The position numbers and the translations under genes are program-made. Positions 47,001-58,883 of a stretch of 64,000 nt of DNA are shown in pieces (position 1 is the stretch's first letter; the number at the start of each line of letters is the position of its first letter). Source of the stretch: Klebsormidium nitens (Eukaryota; Plantae; Klebsormidiophyceae). The notes below the pieces were generated by a model, which did no database searches, was not told the DNA's origin, and worked only from the letters and a program-made list of their open reading frames with translations. The stretch spans positions 174,626-238,625 of the forward strand of contig DF236974.1 of NCBI GenBank assembly GCA_000708835.1. Reading direction: 5' to 3'.

Positions 47001-50000
47001 TACTATGGTGAGGGATCCCCCGCTTGGGTTTCTTATTGTGTCCTGAAGTGGTGGTCCTTCTGGAGGCATACTTTGTGCCGCTTAAACGCGATGAAGGTGG
47101 CTTCCCAGGATATGGCTGTGTGGATGTTCTGGACGACCCGAATTCTCGGATACAATTTGTCGCTGGAGCCTGGAAACTTGCGTTTGACTGACCGCAGTAA
47201 CGAGGCAACCGTGGGGAGCTGAGAGCAGGCTTCGGTGCTTCTTATCTGCTCGACCTTTCTGCTCGCTTACGAAACATTCTCAATGGGTGCGACAATCAAA
47301 GAAGCTCACCTCTGTATCCTACTGTTCGTGGGGCACGCCCACGTTTGCCTATATTGAAAGACCAATCCTTTTCTTGTGCTCTTCCTCTCACCGTTGGATC
47401 CTCCTGAGACGAACAAAGTTGCCAAGAGGCAACATTCAACTAGCTCGCGTCTTCCCCCGCAGGGCGTGCGCAGATCGGCCTGCACCGCCGAGACCACGTT
47501 GTGCTCTTGCTCCTTTTCGCACCGTCCGTTTCTTGAATAAAGGTGTTGCAAGGATGCGCAAATCCAGAATGAATACGCTTCTTCGTCCACAGTGCATGCC
47601 CAGGTCTGCCTGCATGGCAGGACTACGCGGCCGCAACGGCCGACTTCGAGAAGTGCTGTCGGTGTACCCAAACCCGCCCTAAATCCCAAGCTAACCCCAC
47701 CCGTCCGTCCAGCAATCCTGTGCGCGTCCTCAAACGGTAATCCTTTTATTTCTGGAAAAATAATATGGCCAAGAAGCGAATTTTCGAATCATCCGGATTC
47801 TGGCGCCACTTTAAACTTTCTCGCTTTTCCCGCCCGCAGGGCACGCCCAGATCTGCCTGCACCGGCAGGACTACGCGGCAGCAAAGCTCGACTTCGAGAA
47901 GGTGCTGTCGGTGTACCCCGAGAACCCGGACGCGCTCAAGGCGCTGGGCAGCATCCACCAGCTGGAGGGCGACACCGCGCGCGCGCTCACCAATTTCAAG
48001 CGGGTCACCGAGATTAATCCAAAAGACATTCAGGTAGGGCCTTTTTTCCGTGGGGCGTTGTTTGTCTCTCTTTCGTCCGTTAACTCGTGTTCGTTGTCCA
48101 TTGTGGGGGATCTGTTGTGCCTTAGGAATCCTACGCCTCTGCGTGAAGTGGGTCCTTGCAATCTGACCATCTACATTTTTTGGTTTGCTTTTGCCAGGCG
48201 TGGGAGAATCTTGGTGGCCATTTCCTTGTTTTTCAATATCAACGATGCTAACACTTGACAATCAATCCCGGAAACCTCAAACCTGCTCTGCACTCCGGCC
48301 CACCTGAATCCCCCATACTGAGCCCACCCGTCTCAGGGAGGTTTTCTTGTCATATTTTGCGCTTGTTATTGTTCACTGAGAGAGTCATATTTTGCAGGCG
48401 TGGGTAGAGTTGGGCGAGTTGCTCCTTGCGTCCGACTTCAGCGGCGCGCTGCGCGCCTTCACGACCGCCGTCGCGCTCATGAACAAGCGCGACGACCCCA
48501 TCCCGCCCGCGCTGCTAAACAACATGGGCGTGCTCTACTTCGAGAAAGGGGAACACGCCCTCGCTCTAGGCGCGTACACCGAGTCTCTCGGTCCGGGGCC
48601 TTGGTTCGATCTGCTCAACGCTCAAGCGGCCCGGGGGGTCGAAGAGGGATCCCTCGAGAACGGCGAGGTGGCGCCGGATGGCGCGCTGACGTTGGATGAC
48701 GTGGAGCACGTGGATCTGCCGGCGGACAAGGTCACGACGGTGTACAACTTGGCGCGGGTGTTTGAGCGGGTGCACGAGACGGGGAAAGCGGAGACGCTGT
48801 ACCGGTTCCTGCTCAAAAAGGTGGGGAACCCTGCTGAGGGACTGCACGCTGCTTGTTCTTGTACTTTCGGGCGTCTTGTTGAGCCGTGTTTGACCTTTGT
48901 TCTGGACCACTATTCCAATCTGTTTGCTCCTTTGAAGACTGAAGGCAGCTCGCGGTTGCACGTATGGGAAATAGGAGCTGGGCTTGAAACTTTGAGCTTC
49001 TGCTGTAGTCTGTAAACGACTCTCAAAAGTTGAAGAGCCGCGTGGCTGTTAGCAAGGCTTGAGATAGAGAATGTGCGACCGAACCTCATGTCATGCGTTT
49101 GTGAGACACTTTGAGCTGCCGTTGAATCACAACTTTCGTTACTGCAGATTCCACAGTACAGCGACTGCCTCCTCCGGTTAGCCGCCATTGCCCAGAACCG
49201 GAAGGATTACGCCGGCGCTCTGAAGCTAGTAAGGATTCAGAATCGGGCTTTCTTTATCTCAGATTGCGAGCATATTAGGCTCGCTACGCTGGTGTCAGCT
49301 CTTCTAGTTGTGTGAGGATCGACCGATTTTCCAGTTCAGACGGCCGGATGAAATTTTATGACACCTGAGCTGTCATTTTCGAGACCGAATTCGAAAGCGC
49401 TTCGCCATTTGTGGTACAATTCGATAAGCGATGCAGTTTTACATTCGTAATGACCGGCAATGAGCAGTTTTCCATGATATATCCAATATCAAAGTCAACG
49501 TAGCTGGTAAGCCGCCGTTTGAGTTCCCACTTATTTGCGGTGCAGATCGACGAGGCGGTATAGTTGGACGGTCTCAACCACGACGCGCTGTGCATGCGCG
49601 GGAGCCTGGAGCTGCAGCGCGGCGAGTGGGGCAAGGCTAAGGAGACGTTTAAAGCCATCCAGGCGGCCGAGAGTAATGACGACACCTACTCGGCGCTTGC
49701 GCTGGTGAGAGGCAAACTCTGAGATCCTGAAAGCCTGAAGTTGCGAAATTTCGAAGCAGCGACGTTACCCGTGCGGCGCTCTCAGGGGCAAGGGGGCTTT
49801 TGAAATCGCGTGGCTAGAAAGATGCTTCGTGACAGAAAACGCTTGTCTGGGCGCCTACCTTGAGTCTGGTAGACGTGTGAAAGATTTAACAATCTCCACG
49901 TTTTCTTCGGCTGCGGCCATGTTTCCGGTAGCTTCTGGACCGTATCAGACGCCCAAGATCGCTAACCACAATTCCAAAGAGAAGCTCCTTCAAAGCCTCG

Positions 50001-53000
50001 GATTTCGAGGCGTCGTTCGTTGCCGTGAATCACTTGGGTCTTTGAGAATTCAGTGCATCAACAGAAAGTTCGAGCACAAATCAGAACGCTTTTGCAGGCC
50101 AACTGGTACTTGTATGCTGCGGAGCGGGATGAGAAGGACAAGGACCCCAAAATCGAGGCGGAGCTCCTCGGCAAGGCTAAGACCTCGTACCTCAAGGTAA
50201 CCTTCTCCATTTCCCAAACATCAAAACTTGGTTTTTGTTACATGTCTTAACAATTTGAAGCAGACACCGTCTAATTGTAACTGAGTTTGATGGGAAAACT
50301 CAAGGAGACTGCACACCAGCTTCGGAAATGTGCGCTGTTTTGTCCCTGGTTTCGATTAAGGATGCAAAGACTTGGGATTGGTTCCTGGCACATGTTTGTT
50401 GCGCCCCCCTTGTAGCTCCGTCTTTCAACGCTTGACCTTTCTGAAAACTTGACGCACAACTTCCACATTGGAAGCGTAACTTCCCAACTGTTGATCCCTT
50501 GTGGTTCGAGGAACGCATATTTGCCCTCACACACTTGTGCACGAACCCGGATCCCTCAGTCAATAAGCTTTGACTCAGGGGTAGCGAATTTTTTTATGTC
50601 AATTCATCAGGTGCCCACGTTCAGAACCTAACAATGTGGAACGCACGCCTCCAGCTACACGATCCCAAAAGATCCACTTACATTTGTTGATATACAGAGC
50701 TTCAAACTTAGTCTCTCCGTTTGCCAGATCCTGCAGCAGCAACCGAGCAACACGTATGCCGCGCACGGGCTGGGGTGCGTACTGGCGGAGCAGGGGCGGT
50801 TCGAGCAGGCGAAAGAAGTGTTCGACCAGGTGCGCGAGGCGGCGGCCGCCAACAGCACCTTCGAGATGCCCGACGTGCGGGTCAACTCGGCGCACGTGCT
50901 GCTCGCGCAGGGGCACTTCCAGAACGCCGTCGAGCTGGTGAGGAAAAGTTAGGGGGAGGGTTGAGAGAGTTGTTTTGTTGGTCACAAGGCCTAGGACGCG
51001 TTTGGAAACTCTTACTTCGCTTGTTTTTTCCATTCTGGGTCGATCTGGGAAAGGTCCTGCTGGCGCAGGGGCACTTCCAGAAGGCCGAAGCTGGAGAGGT
51101 GGTTTCTAGGGGGGTCCGATAGAGGAGTTCTCTGATTGATAAGGGTTCGTGCGGCGTCAGTCTCGTGCTTTCCTTGTGGTTAACCCGGGTGCACGTGCTG
51201 CTGGGGGCGGGGATACTTACAGAACGCCGGGCATGAGCGCGTAAGAGGAGAAGGTCGAGTTGTTCGGATGATCAAGAGCTGAGACGAGTTGCATGTTTTT
51301 TTTGTCGTTTTAATGTGGGTGTGACTCAGCATACATTCCTGCTGGCGGAAGGACACCGTCAAACGCAGTCAAGCTGTCGAGGCGGGTGGGAAAGGGAGAT
51401 AGAACAAATCTGAGGATGTCGTGATGCTGAGAAGTTTTGATTCGTATACTCCGTGGAGTGTGAAGGTCAGGGTACGGTTATACCTGATGCTCAAAGAGAG
51501 GGAGTCTGCCAGCGAACTGGTGAGAAGGAGGTCAAGATTTTGTGTTTGAGAGCGCTTGATTTCAACATCGCGCACTTGTATTCTCAAGTCCCTTGTGCTT
51601 CTCAGCTATCGCGCTTCTATTTTCAGCAGTTCTGCACTCATCCAGCTTCGATCTGCTGGTCTAAAATTGGCCTCTAAAAAGCAAAGCTCGTCCTGTATCC
51701 TCTTCTGCTCACGATCTGGGTCGGAGCTTGGCATCGCTTCCTTTCCTTGGTGGCTTCGGACCTGTTCACATTACCCCGGTCTCGTCGAAGGCTCTGGACA
51801 GATTCGCGACCTGGAACGGTCAGAGTTTCGACTCGGCGACATTGATTTCGTCGATCGTTCGGCTCAGTCCACTGATACTTTGCGTCGGCCGTTTTCCTCG
51901 TGCAGTACCAGCAGGCCCTAAAACGACAGTTCCACAACACCGACTCGTTTCTCATGCTGTGCATCGCAAGGGCGCACTACGATATGGAAGACCAGCAGGT
52001 GGGCGCAGCGCTGGCGGCTGCTTTTCAACTGAGAAAGGAGAAACTAAGATACACTAAAAAGAAGAGAGAAAAAGGAAAGAAAGAAAAAAGCAACTCAAGA
52101 GTGATGTGGTGTGCTCCTTTGCACGTGATGCCTCAGCACAGCTACCGATTTGGCAGGGCGTCCAGCAGTCTCTTTCCGGTGAGGATTGCCGCGGTTATTC
52201 CGGCTATTTGTGCATAAATTGCTCGGGGGAATGGTTTGGAAAGGCAGACCTTGCACATCATGAGGAGGCGGTGCATGGGCAAAACGTAGTCTTTCGAAGA
52301 GATTACGGGTCTTTTGCTTTAACTTTTCCGGTCCAGCGTCGCCTCAGCCTCAGGAAATTCCCAAAAAATTGCATAGAGAATATCGGTACATACTTTCCGA
52401 CCCCTTTTTAAACCTCTAAACCGGGGGGGCTGCCGCCCCCCCGCATTTCCTCTTTGGGCCGTTCTTTCATTGCATGTGAGGATCGATAACTGGCAGGCTA
52501 AAATCGATTATGAAAAGAGGGAAGAATTGCAAAATGTTTTGGTCTATGCAGGCTCTCCAGGAGTGCAAGCGCGTGCTTCTGCGCACGATGCACCAGAGTC
52601 CGACCAACTACGCGCTGCGCTTCAACACGGCGGTCACCATGCAGAAGTTTGCCGTCACTGCGCTGCAAAAGAAGAAGCGGACGGCGGACGAGGTGAGGTC
52701 TCGGTGAGATACAGAGATGCCTTCTCTTTCTCGCACTTCCAATCAAGTATTTTGCCGGAATTTGGGGCCTGGCTTTCGCCAGGTTTTGACAATATTAAAG
52801 AATCAGGTCTCTTAGGAAGGCTCCTGCATGTGGTCGACGCCAGGTCACGAAGTTTTCGACAGGTTCTATCCCGATGAGTAAGACTCTGACCGGTCTCTGA
52901 AAAAGCAAGTTTGAGCTCCACCGCTTCGTGGCTTAATTTTCGTCCGCCAGCTACAGACGCCGACCGGGGATCTATTGAGGCAGACGTTCAGTTACAGATG

Positions 53001-56000
53001 CCAACCACGGACTATTCTGAATTCGAGGCAGGTGTTCGGTACGACTCGAACTGCTTTCGAGCAACCTGCCAGTCAAAGTGGAATCTTAGTGTATCTTAGT
53101 CAGGCCGTTGCTGAGTGACTTTAGTCTACGTAAGATGACAACAAAAACCTAGCAGGTCGATCGGGAGAAGCTGTACTGGCCTACAACAAGTTACTCAGGA
53201 GTGAAGGAAGACATCGCACAGAACATACACGGCTTCTCAGAAGCCTAACGCTCGATCGCGCAGGTGCGGAAAGCGGTGGCGGAGCTCAAGAGCGCGCTGC
53301 GGCTCCTCTCCCAACTGAACGCGTTGGGGGGACACCTGACGCACGGCATCGACCGCAAAAAGGTGGCCAGCCACATCGAATTTTGTAAGGTGAGCGCGTC
53401 ACGCCGTCAGAAAAAAAGCACGATTCGCCGGTTTAGTAAAGAAGCTGGTGGTCCTGTTTTGTCGACTGTTGGCGGACTGATGGGTTGTGCGCTTTTGTCA
53501 CGCTAACACTTTACTTGCGGGTAGAGTTTTTGAAGCGCTGTTGGCCACTCGCTGTGACTAGTATGGTTGGCTATGCTCTGTCAGGCCGAAGGGCCAGAAT
53601 AGTGTACCAAGGAAGTTCTGAACGTGTCACAAACCCCTTCCTCGATGCAAGCGAGGTCCCTTAACTCCACACTGGAACGTTCCACAAGTTCGTTAGTTAT
53701 CACAAGCGAGGAGTCTTATCTTCAGGCTGTCAACGTCACAAGGAAGAACTCTTTCTTCATGCCCCCACCCCGCGGTCGCCAGCAACCCACCTAAGGGCCG
53801 TGCAAATCGCAAACTCTAGACTCAAGCAGACAACAAAATTCTGACTTCAAAACCCTAAAACCCTAAAACCCCAATATCCTGATTCTCATTCCGACCCCGC
53901 GCAGGCGACGCTGGAGCGCGCGCGCGCCCACGTGGAGGCTGCAGAGCGAGAGGAGCAGCAGCTGCGCGTCAAGAAGGAGGCGCACGACTTGTACATGCAG
54001 AGGCAGGCCGAGGTCAAGCGGCTCGAGGAGGCGCGACGCGCAGAGGTGAGCTGGATATATGAGGGTTTGATGTCTCCGGTCTAAGGTTAGGGGTTGGATT
54101 GGACCTTAGGATCAAGTGCTCAAGTCAGGCGCGCCGCGCAGAGGTGAGGTGAAGCCCTGAGCCCTTGGGGTCTCCTGTCCGGCGTTAATGATTTGGCTAC
54201 CGACTCTGGATTCATGGCGGTGTGGCATCCAATAAAGGGTCTGAGCTCGGTCTGAGGTGTGAGCTTTAAATGAAATATCCACGGTTTAACTTGGGTGTCT
54301 GGTCAAGCGGCTCGAGAGCCGGCCGCACGGATGTGACGCCAACGTAACAGCATTTTGGGTCTCTGGTCCTGGTCTAGTGTTTAGCAGAAGGGTCTCGGAT
54401 TCTTGGTTCTGGTCAAACGGCTTGAGGAAGGGACCCCAAAAGTTCAGGGTTGAAGGCTGGTTGTACAATTGGCCTCAAGTTTCGAGCGCACGGTCATGTC
54501 ACCGAGCTTGTCGGAACTACTAGCCGCGTTGAGGGGGGGCCGGCTCGAGCTGGTCTCATCACGACCGTAATTCTCTTACCACTGGTAAAGCTTTCATATC
54601 AGAAAGACTTGAGGCGTTCCGACTGGAGTTGGGTAAGCCGGAGGCGCATGCTGATTTTGTGGACCCAAGCTTTGAGGCCAATGTCATCCTAAGTTGAGTG
54701 AACATTGAAGCCTAATGGCTTTCACGTTCGTTATGATATGCTCACGAGTCACCACTGTTTTCCCGAAAAGTCTGCATACGTTGACACCCTCAGACCCCCA
54801 GAACGCGTGACACCGGTCTTCTTTTTGACAACCGCAGGAGGAGCGCAGTCGGCGCGAGAAGGCAATCAAGGAAGCGGAGGAGCACGAGGAGAAATTCCGA
54901 GCCCTAATGGTGAGATGCGACTTTGGTATCTTACTGCACGAGGCTGCACTTGATCTGTCTTTTTGTCCTCTCTTTTACCTTTACATGTTTTCTCTTCGGT
55001 GGAGTAGCGCCCTCTCTGGGCGACATTTCGCGGCTGCACACTTCGTGTCGTACACGGATGGATATGAGGAGAATGTTTGCAAAGCCCTTTTGCGGATTCA
55101 GTCCCCGACGCTTCTTGTTACGCTCTGGAACCTAGCGGTGACATTGCGACACTCACTTTCTTTGTTGCCACCATCTTTTGTTGCTGCGATCTGCAAAAAG
55201 GGGGAAACTCGTCGTCCGCCTTTGCACAGTGGCCAAACAACCCTCAAGCAATTGTGTGCTGAATGAGAAGTCGATCCTTCCTTGAAACGGTCGTATGTTC
55301 CTGGGTTTACGCTCGAGAAGATGCAAGAGTTATCATGGAACGACATAAAAGCGGAGAACATGGCGAAAAGAACTGGGGACTCGAGGCGATGGACATTGGT
55401 TACTCGCCGACTGCAGTTAGCGCCCCCACTCCAACATGGACGACAGAAGAGGCAGAATCTGGTCGATTCTTCTTAGAAAGGTGTTAAGTTGAAGATGCGG
55501 TACTGTTTGAAGAGCGTTGTCGAATCTCGAAGAGAAGGGGCCGTATCAGACGACGTTTCGTTCTGTTGCAGGCCGACGCGCGCCCACGCGCAATGTGGAT
55601 GTGTTTTCTAGTCCTTTCTCCTGGAGTCGTTTTCTCTCGCATATTATGCAAACAAGGCCGTACGCCCGCAAGAAAGGGAATCGATCAGGGAAGTAGAGGC
55701 GGAACTTCACGACTCACGACCACTTTTCTTATTTGCAGGCCAAGGTCAAGCCGAATCGCCCTACGCCAGCGTGGAAAAGGAAGGGATTCAGCACTGACTC
55801 TTTTCTCCTGAAATTCATGAAACAGTAGGGAGGTCGTACTTAGTGTCAAACGGTGAAGTGTCAGGAACTAGAGACGGGATTGAACGACCAATCAATTTTA
55901 ATTACAGGCCGAGCTGCGAACCGCTTTGCACGCCGGCATGGACGACAAACACGTTGAACCCGGTGGTGTTCCTTTGTAAAAGTAGTGGGCCTGAAAATCG

Positions 56001-58123
56001 CATTATTTGGGGGGAAATTACCGAATGACCGAACGTCAGGAACTAGAGACCGTACCGAATGACACTGTTCTTCTTCTCAGGCCGAGGTCAGGCGGAACCG
56101 CCCGCACGTCTACGTGGACGAGGAAGAGATCGACAACGGTTTCGCTCTCCTGGCAAAACAATAATATTATCGATAAGGAAACGCTTAAACGTCCAGAACC
56201 AGAGACGGGAGTAAACGGCCACTCGTCCTTTTTTCAGGCCGAGGTCAGGCCGAACCGCCCGCACGCCGACGTGGACGAGGAAGAGGGGCCGGACGGCGAG
56301 CCGCGCGCGGGCAAAAAGGAGAAGCGGAAGCGGGAGAAGAAGGAGCGGACGAAGGGCAAGAAGCGGCGCGGGGACGAGGAGCGGAGCGAGGGCGAGGGGG
56401 GGGCCAGCGACGAGGAGCCGGAGTACCGGAGCGAAGGGGAGGACGAAGAAGACGAGAGTGAGTGCTGCATTCCGTCAGGGGAGAAGCAAAATAATGACAG
56501 GAAAAACCTTGACTGGACGGACAATTGTCCGATTTCAAGGTTGATAACGGGGTGCATATCGAGCCGGAGTACCGGAGCGAAGGGGAGGACGAGGGAGACG
56601 ACGAGAGTGAGTGCCGCAATTTGTCAGCGGGGAGAAGGGGAACAAACAAGCAAGAACAAAAAACAAACAACAACAAAAAGTTCGAAAGAGAAGCCTAATC
56701 GGACCGATGAACAACGTGATTGTTAGATCTTTCGAAATCTGACAAACAATATGCTCCCTGATCCAACACAAAGCTGAATCGGGGAGCATGTTGAGGATCG
56801 TGCCTTCCAGCGGCCCCGAAGCCTGCAGCCCTCCTGGCCGGTCGCCCCCAATCATGAATTCACGGTCGCTTCCGCGGCGACTGAGGATCCGAGTTCGGGG
56901 TTTGTCAGACGACAAGAATTGACTCTTGGTGCCACTTCTCGGGAATGCGTGCGTGAGTTGGACAGCAGAGTCTGAAATACAATCTAGGAAGCCTCTTCCA
57001 GATATCGGAAGGACTCGTTTCAGCTTCTCTCCTGACCCCTCATGCTGTTCCTTGCAGGGCGAGATTCCGGTTCCGACGCCGAGGAGCAGGAACGGAAACG
57101 GCGGAAACAGGAGAAGAAGGAGCGGAAGCGGCAGCGGCGGCTGCAGCGGCAGAAGGACGACGACGGGGAAGAAGAGAATGGAGCGGAACCGGCGGGAGCG
57201 GATCTTGAAGAAGCGGAAGCGGACCGGAATGAGCTGGAGGAGGAAGACGGGGAAGAGACGAAGCAGCCCGCCAGGGGGAGGCGGCCGGGTAAGGGCCCAC
57301 CAGTGATGCCATCATTCTCAACGAACCTTCTAACTTTGAGATGTCGTGGCAACGTGTTTTGGCTTGTGTGGAATACACTTGACCGCTTTCCTGTACAGTA
57401 TCAGAAAAAAGTTGGTTCGACGCCCAAAGGACGGACCGCTGTGGACGTCAAAGATAATCGCTCTCCTGGTTCTTTCTTCTCTAGCGAATGTCAGTGGAAG
57501 GTACGGTTTCGGCTATAAGGCAATGGAATGAACCAGAAAGATCGGAGCTGCCCGCATTGATGGGTTGCATTGGTTCGCAAGGCAGGATTGCATAACCGGT
57601 TCAGGGTCATGTTTTGGGCCGCACAGCTACTCGGCGATCGTACCTTTGAGGGTTTCTTGCCGGCAACACTTTCTTGACATCGTGCTCCAATGCTTCGAAT
57701 TTTCTTCTCTTCCAATCGCGAAGGTCAACTGCTTTTGAAGTCCCCCTTCCATTTTCCGTCATGCGCTGTAGCATTTCCACTGTTCGGAAGCCCACATCTG
57801 CAGCATTCACCACGCTGTTCGAGTCTACTCCGTATCGCCGTCAGCGCTTGGTTTACGCAATCGCATGCATTAGTAACCTTGATGGCGTAAGCAACGGGAC
57901 GTTCGACTTCTCTTCCTTGCACTTCGCAGGAAGAAGGGTTCTCGACAACGACGAAGACGAGGAGGAGGAGGAGGAGGAGGAGCCTCCGGCGCCGGTCGAG
58001 GAAACGAACGTGGCAAGCGTTGCTCCGGCGGAACCCATGGAGGAAGATGAAGACGAAGACGAAGTGGATGATGAGGCGGCGCGGCGAGCGCTCATTGGAG
58101 CGGATGATAGCGACGAGGACTAG
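44084..58123 (+). pseudogene. CTR9: Second CTR9 copy: disabled 5' exons, conserved 3' exons, internal nonsense codon
   Basis: ATG changed to ACG (44084); frameshifts in exons 1, 2, 3, 5, 7 and 8; exon 6 absent; intron 7 lost; CAG changed to TAG at 49561-49563. Exons 9-22 are otherwise open and nearly identical in protein to copy 1. Confidence 0.88.
53849..53872 (-). repeat. Short interstitial telomere-like tract (TTTTAGGG)n
   Basis: AAAACCCT AAAACCCT AAAACCCC; copy 1 has only AAAAGCTAAA at the aligned position (about 31168). Confidence 0.6.
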
Positions 58124-58883
58124 AATAGGTATCTTTTCGTTGATGGTCGTGCTTAAAAGAGCAGTTCACGATTGAGCCGCTTGCAGATGTGGCGGCGCAG
58201 TGAGGGATGTACTGGACAACTTAGCAGTCCTGAAAGGGGGCCGTTGGGCGTTGTTGGTTGTGCTTCTACCGAGGAAGCCGCGGTATGGTCCGGGAGACCC
58301 AGCCTTTGTTGCAGCTCCTTTATGCAAGCACTTGCAGTCATGATATTGTAGCGCACACAGTCGGACTTGCCCTACAGTAATGAAGCCAGCTATGCCAGGT
58401 CATTCACATGAGTTGGCTTGAACATGTCCATGGCAATTAACCTGGACAGTACACGCGTACATGGACGCAAAACACTGCCGCTGCTTGTGATCGGCAATCA
58501 GGACGTCTCTGGCATGATCCATGCCATGCCAGTTCTACTTCTTGGATCATGCGATGTCACCTTACAGTCGAGCTCCTGCAAATGCATCATCCGTGATTGC
58601 ATGCCAGGCTGGGCATGGCGGACGTACGGGAATGGAGTTTACGTCCGTCCGGCTAGCTGTCAGCAGACGCAGCTCATGAGTCCGCTTGACTAGGAAATAT
58701 ATATACATGCAATTTAGTCGAGCGCTATATCATGCGGGAAGCTTTGGTACATGACTCTGACTCAATGCAACATATGATTATCGTTTTGGAGGAAATTGGG
58801 ACATGGCCAGCTATTACAAGCAAAGTGCAATTGTCTGCAAAGGATCTGACGTCAAAAAGACAAATTTTGCCTGACCGTCCGTG

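Larger units (their letters stand above)
19560..58360 (+). repeat. Direct segmental duplication of the CTR9 locus (about 19560-35480 and about 43860-58360)
   Basis: Exons, most introns, proximal upstream sequence and 3' flank align in order between the two blocks. Introns differ by many substitutions and indels. Confidence 0.9.

Noticed and set aside
44084-58123. Second CTR9 as an assembly artefact or allelic haplotype
   Set aside because: Introns differ by many substitutions and large indels, and the 5' exons carry multiple disabling lesions; this is far beyond allelic divergence.
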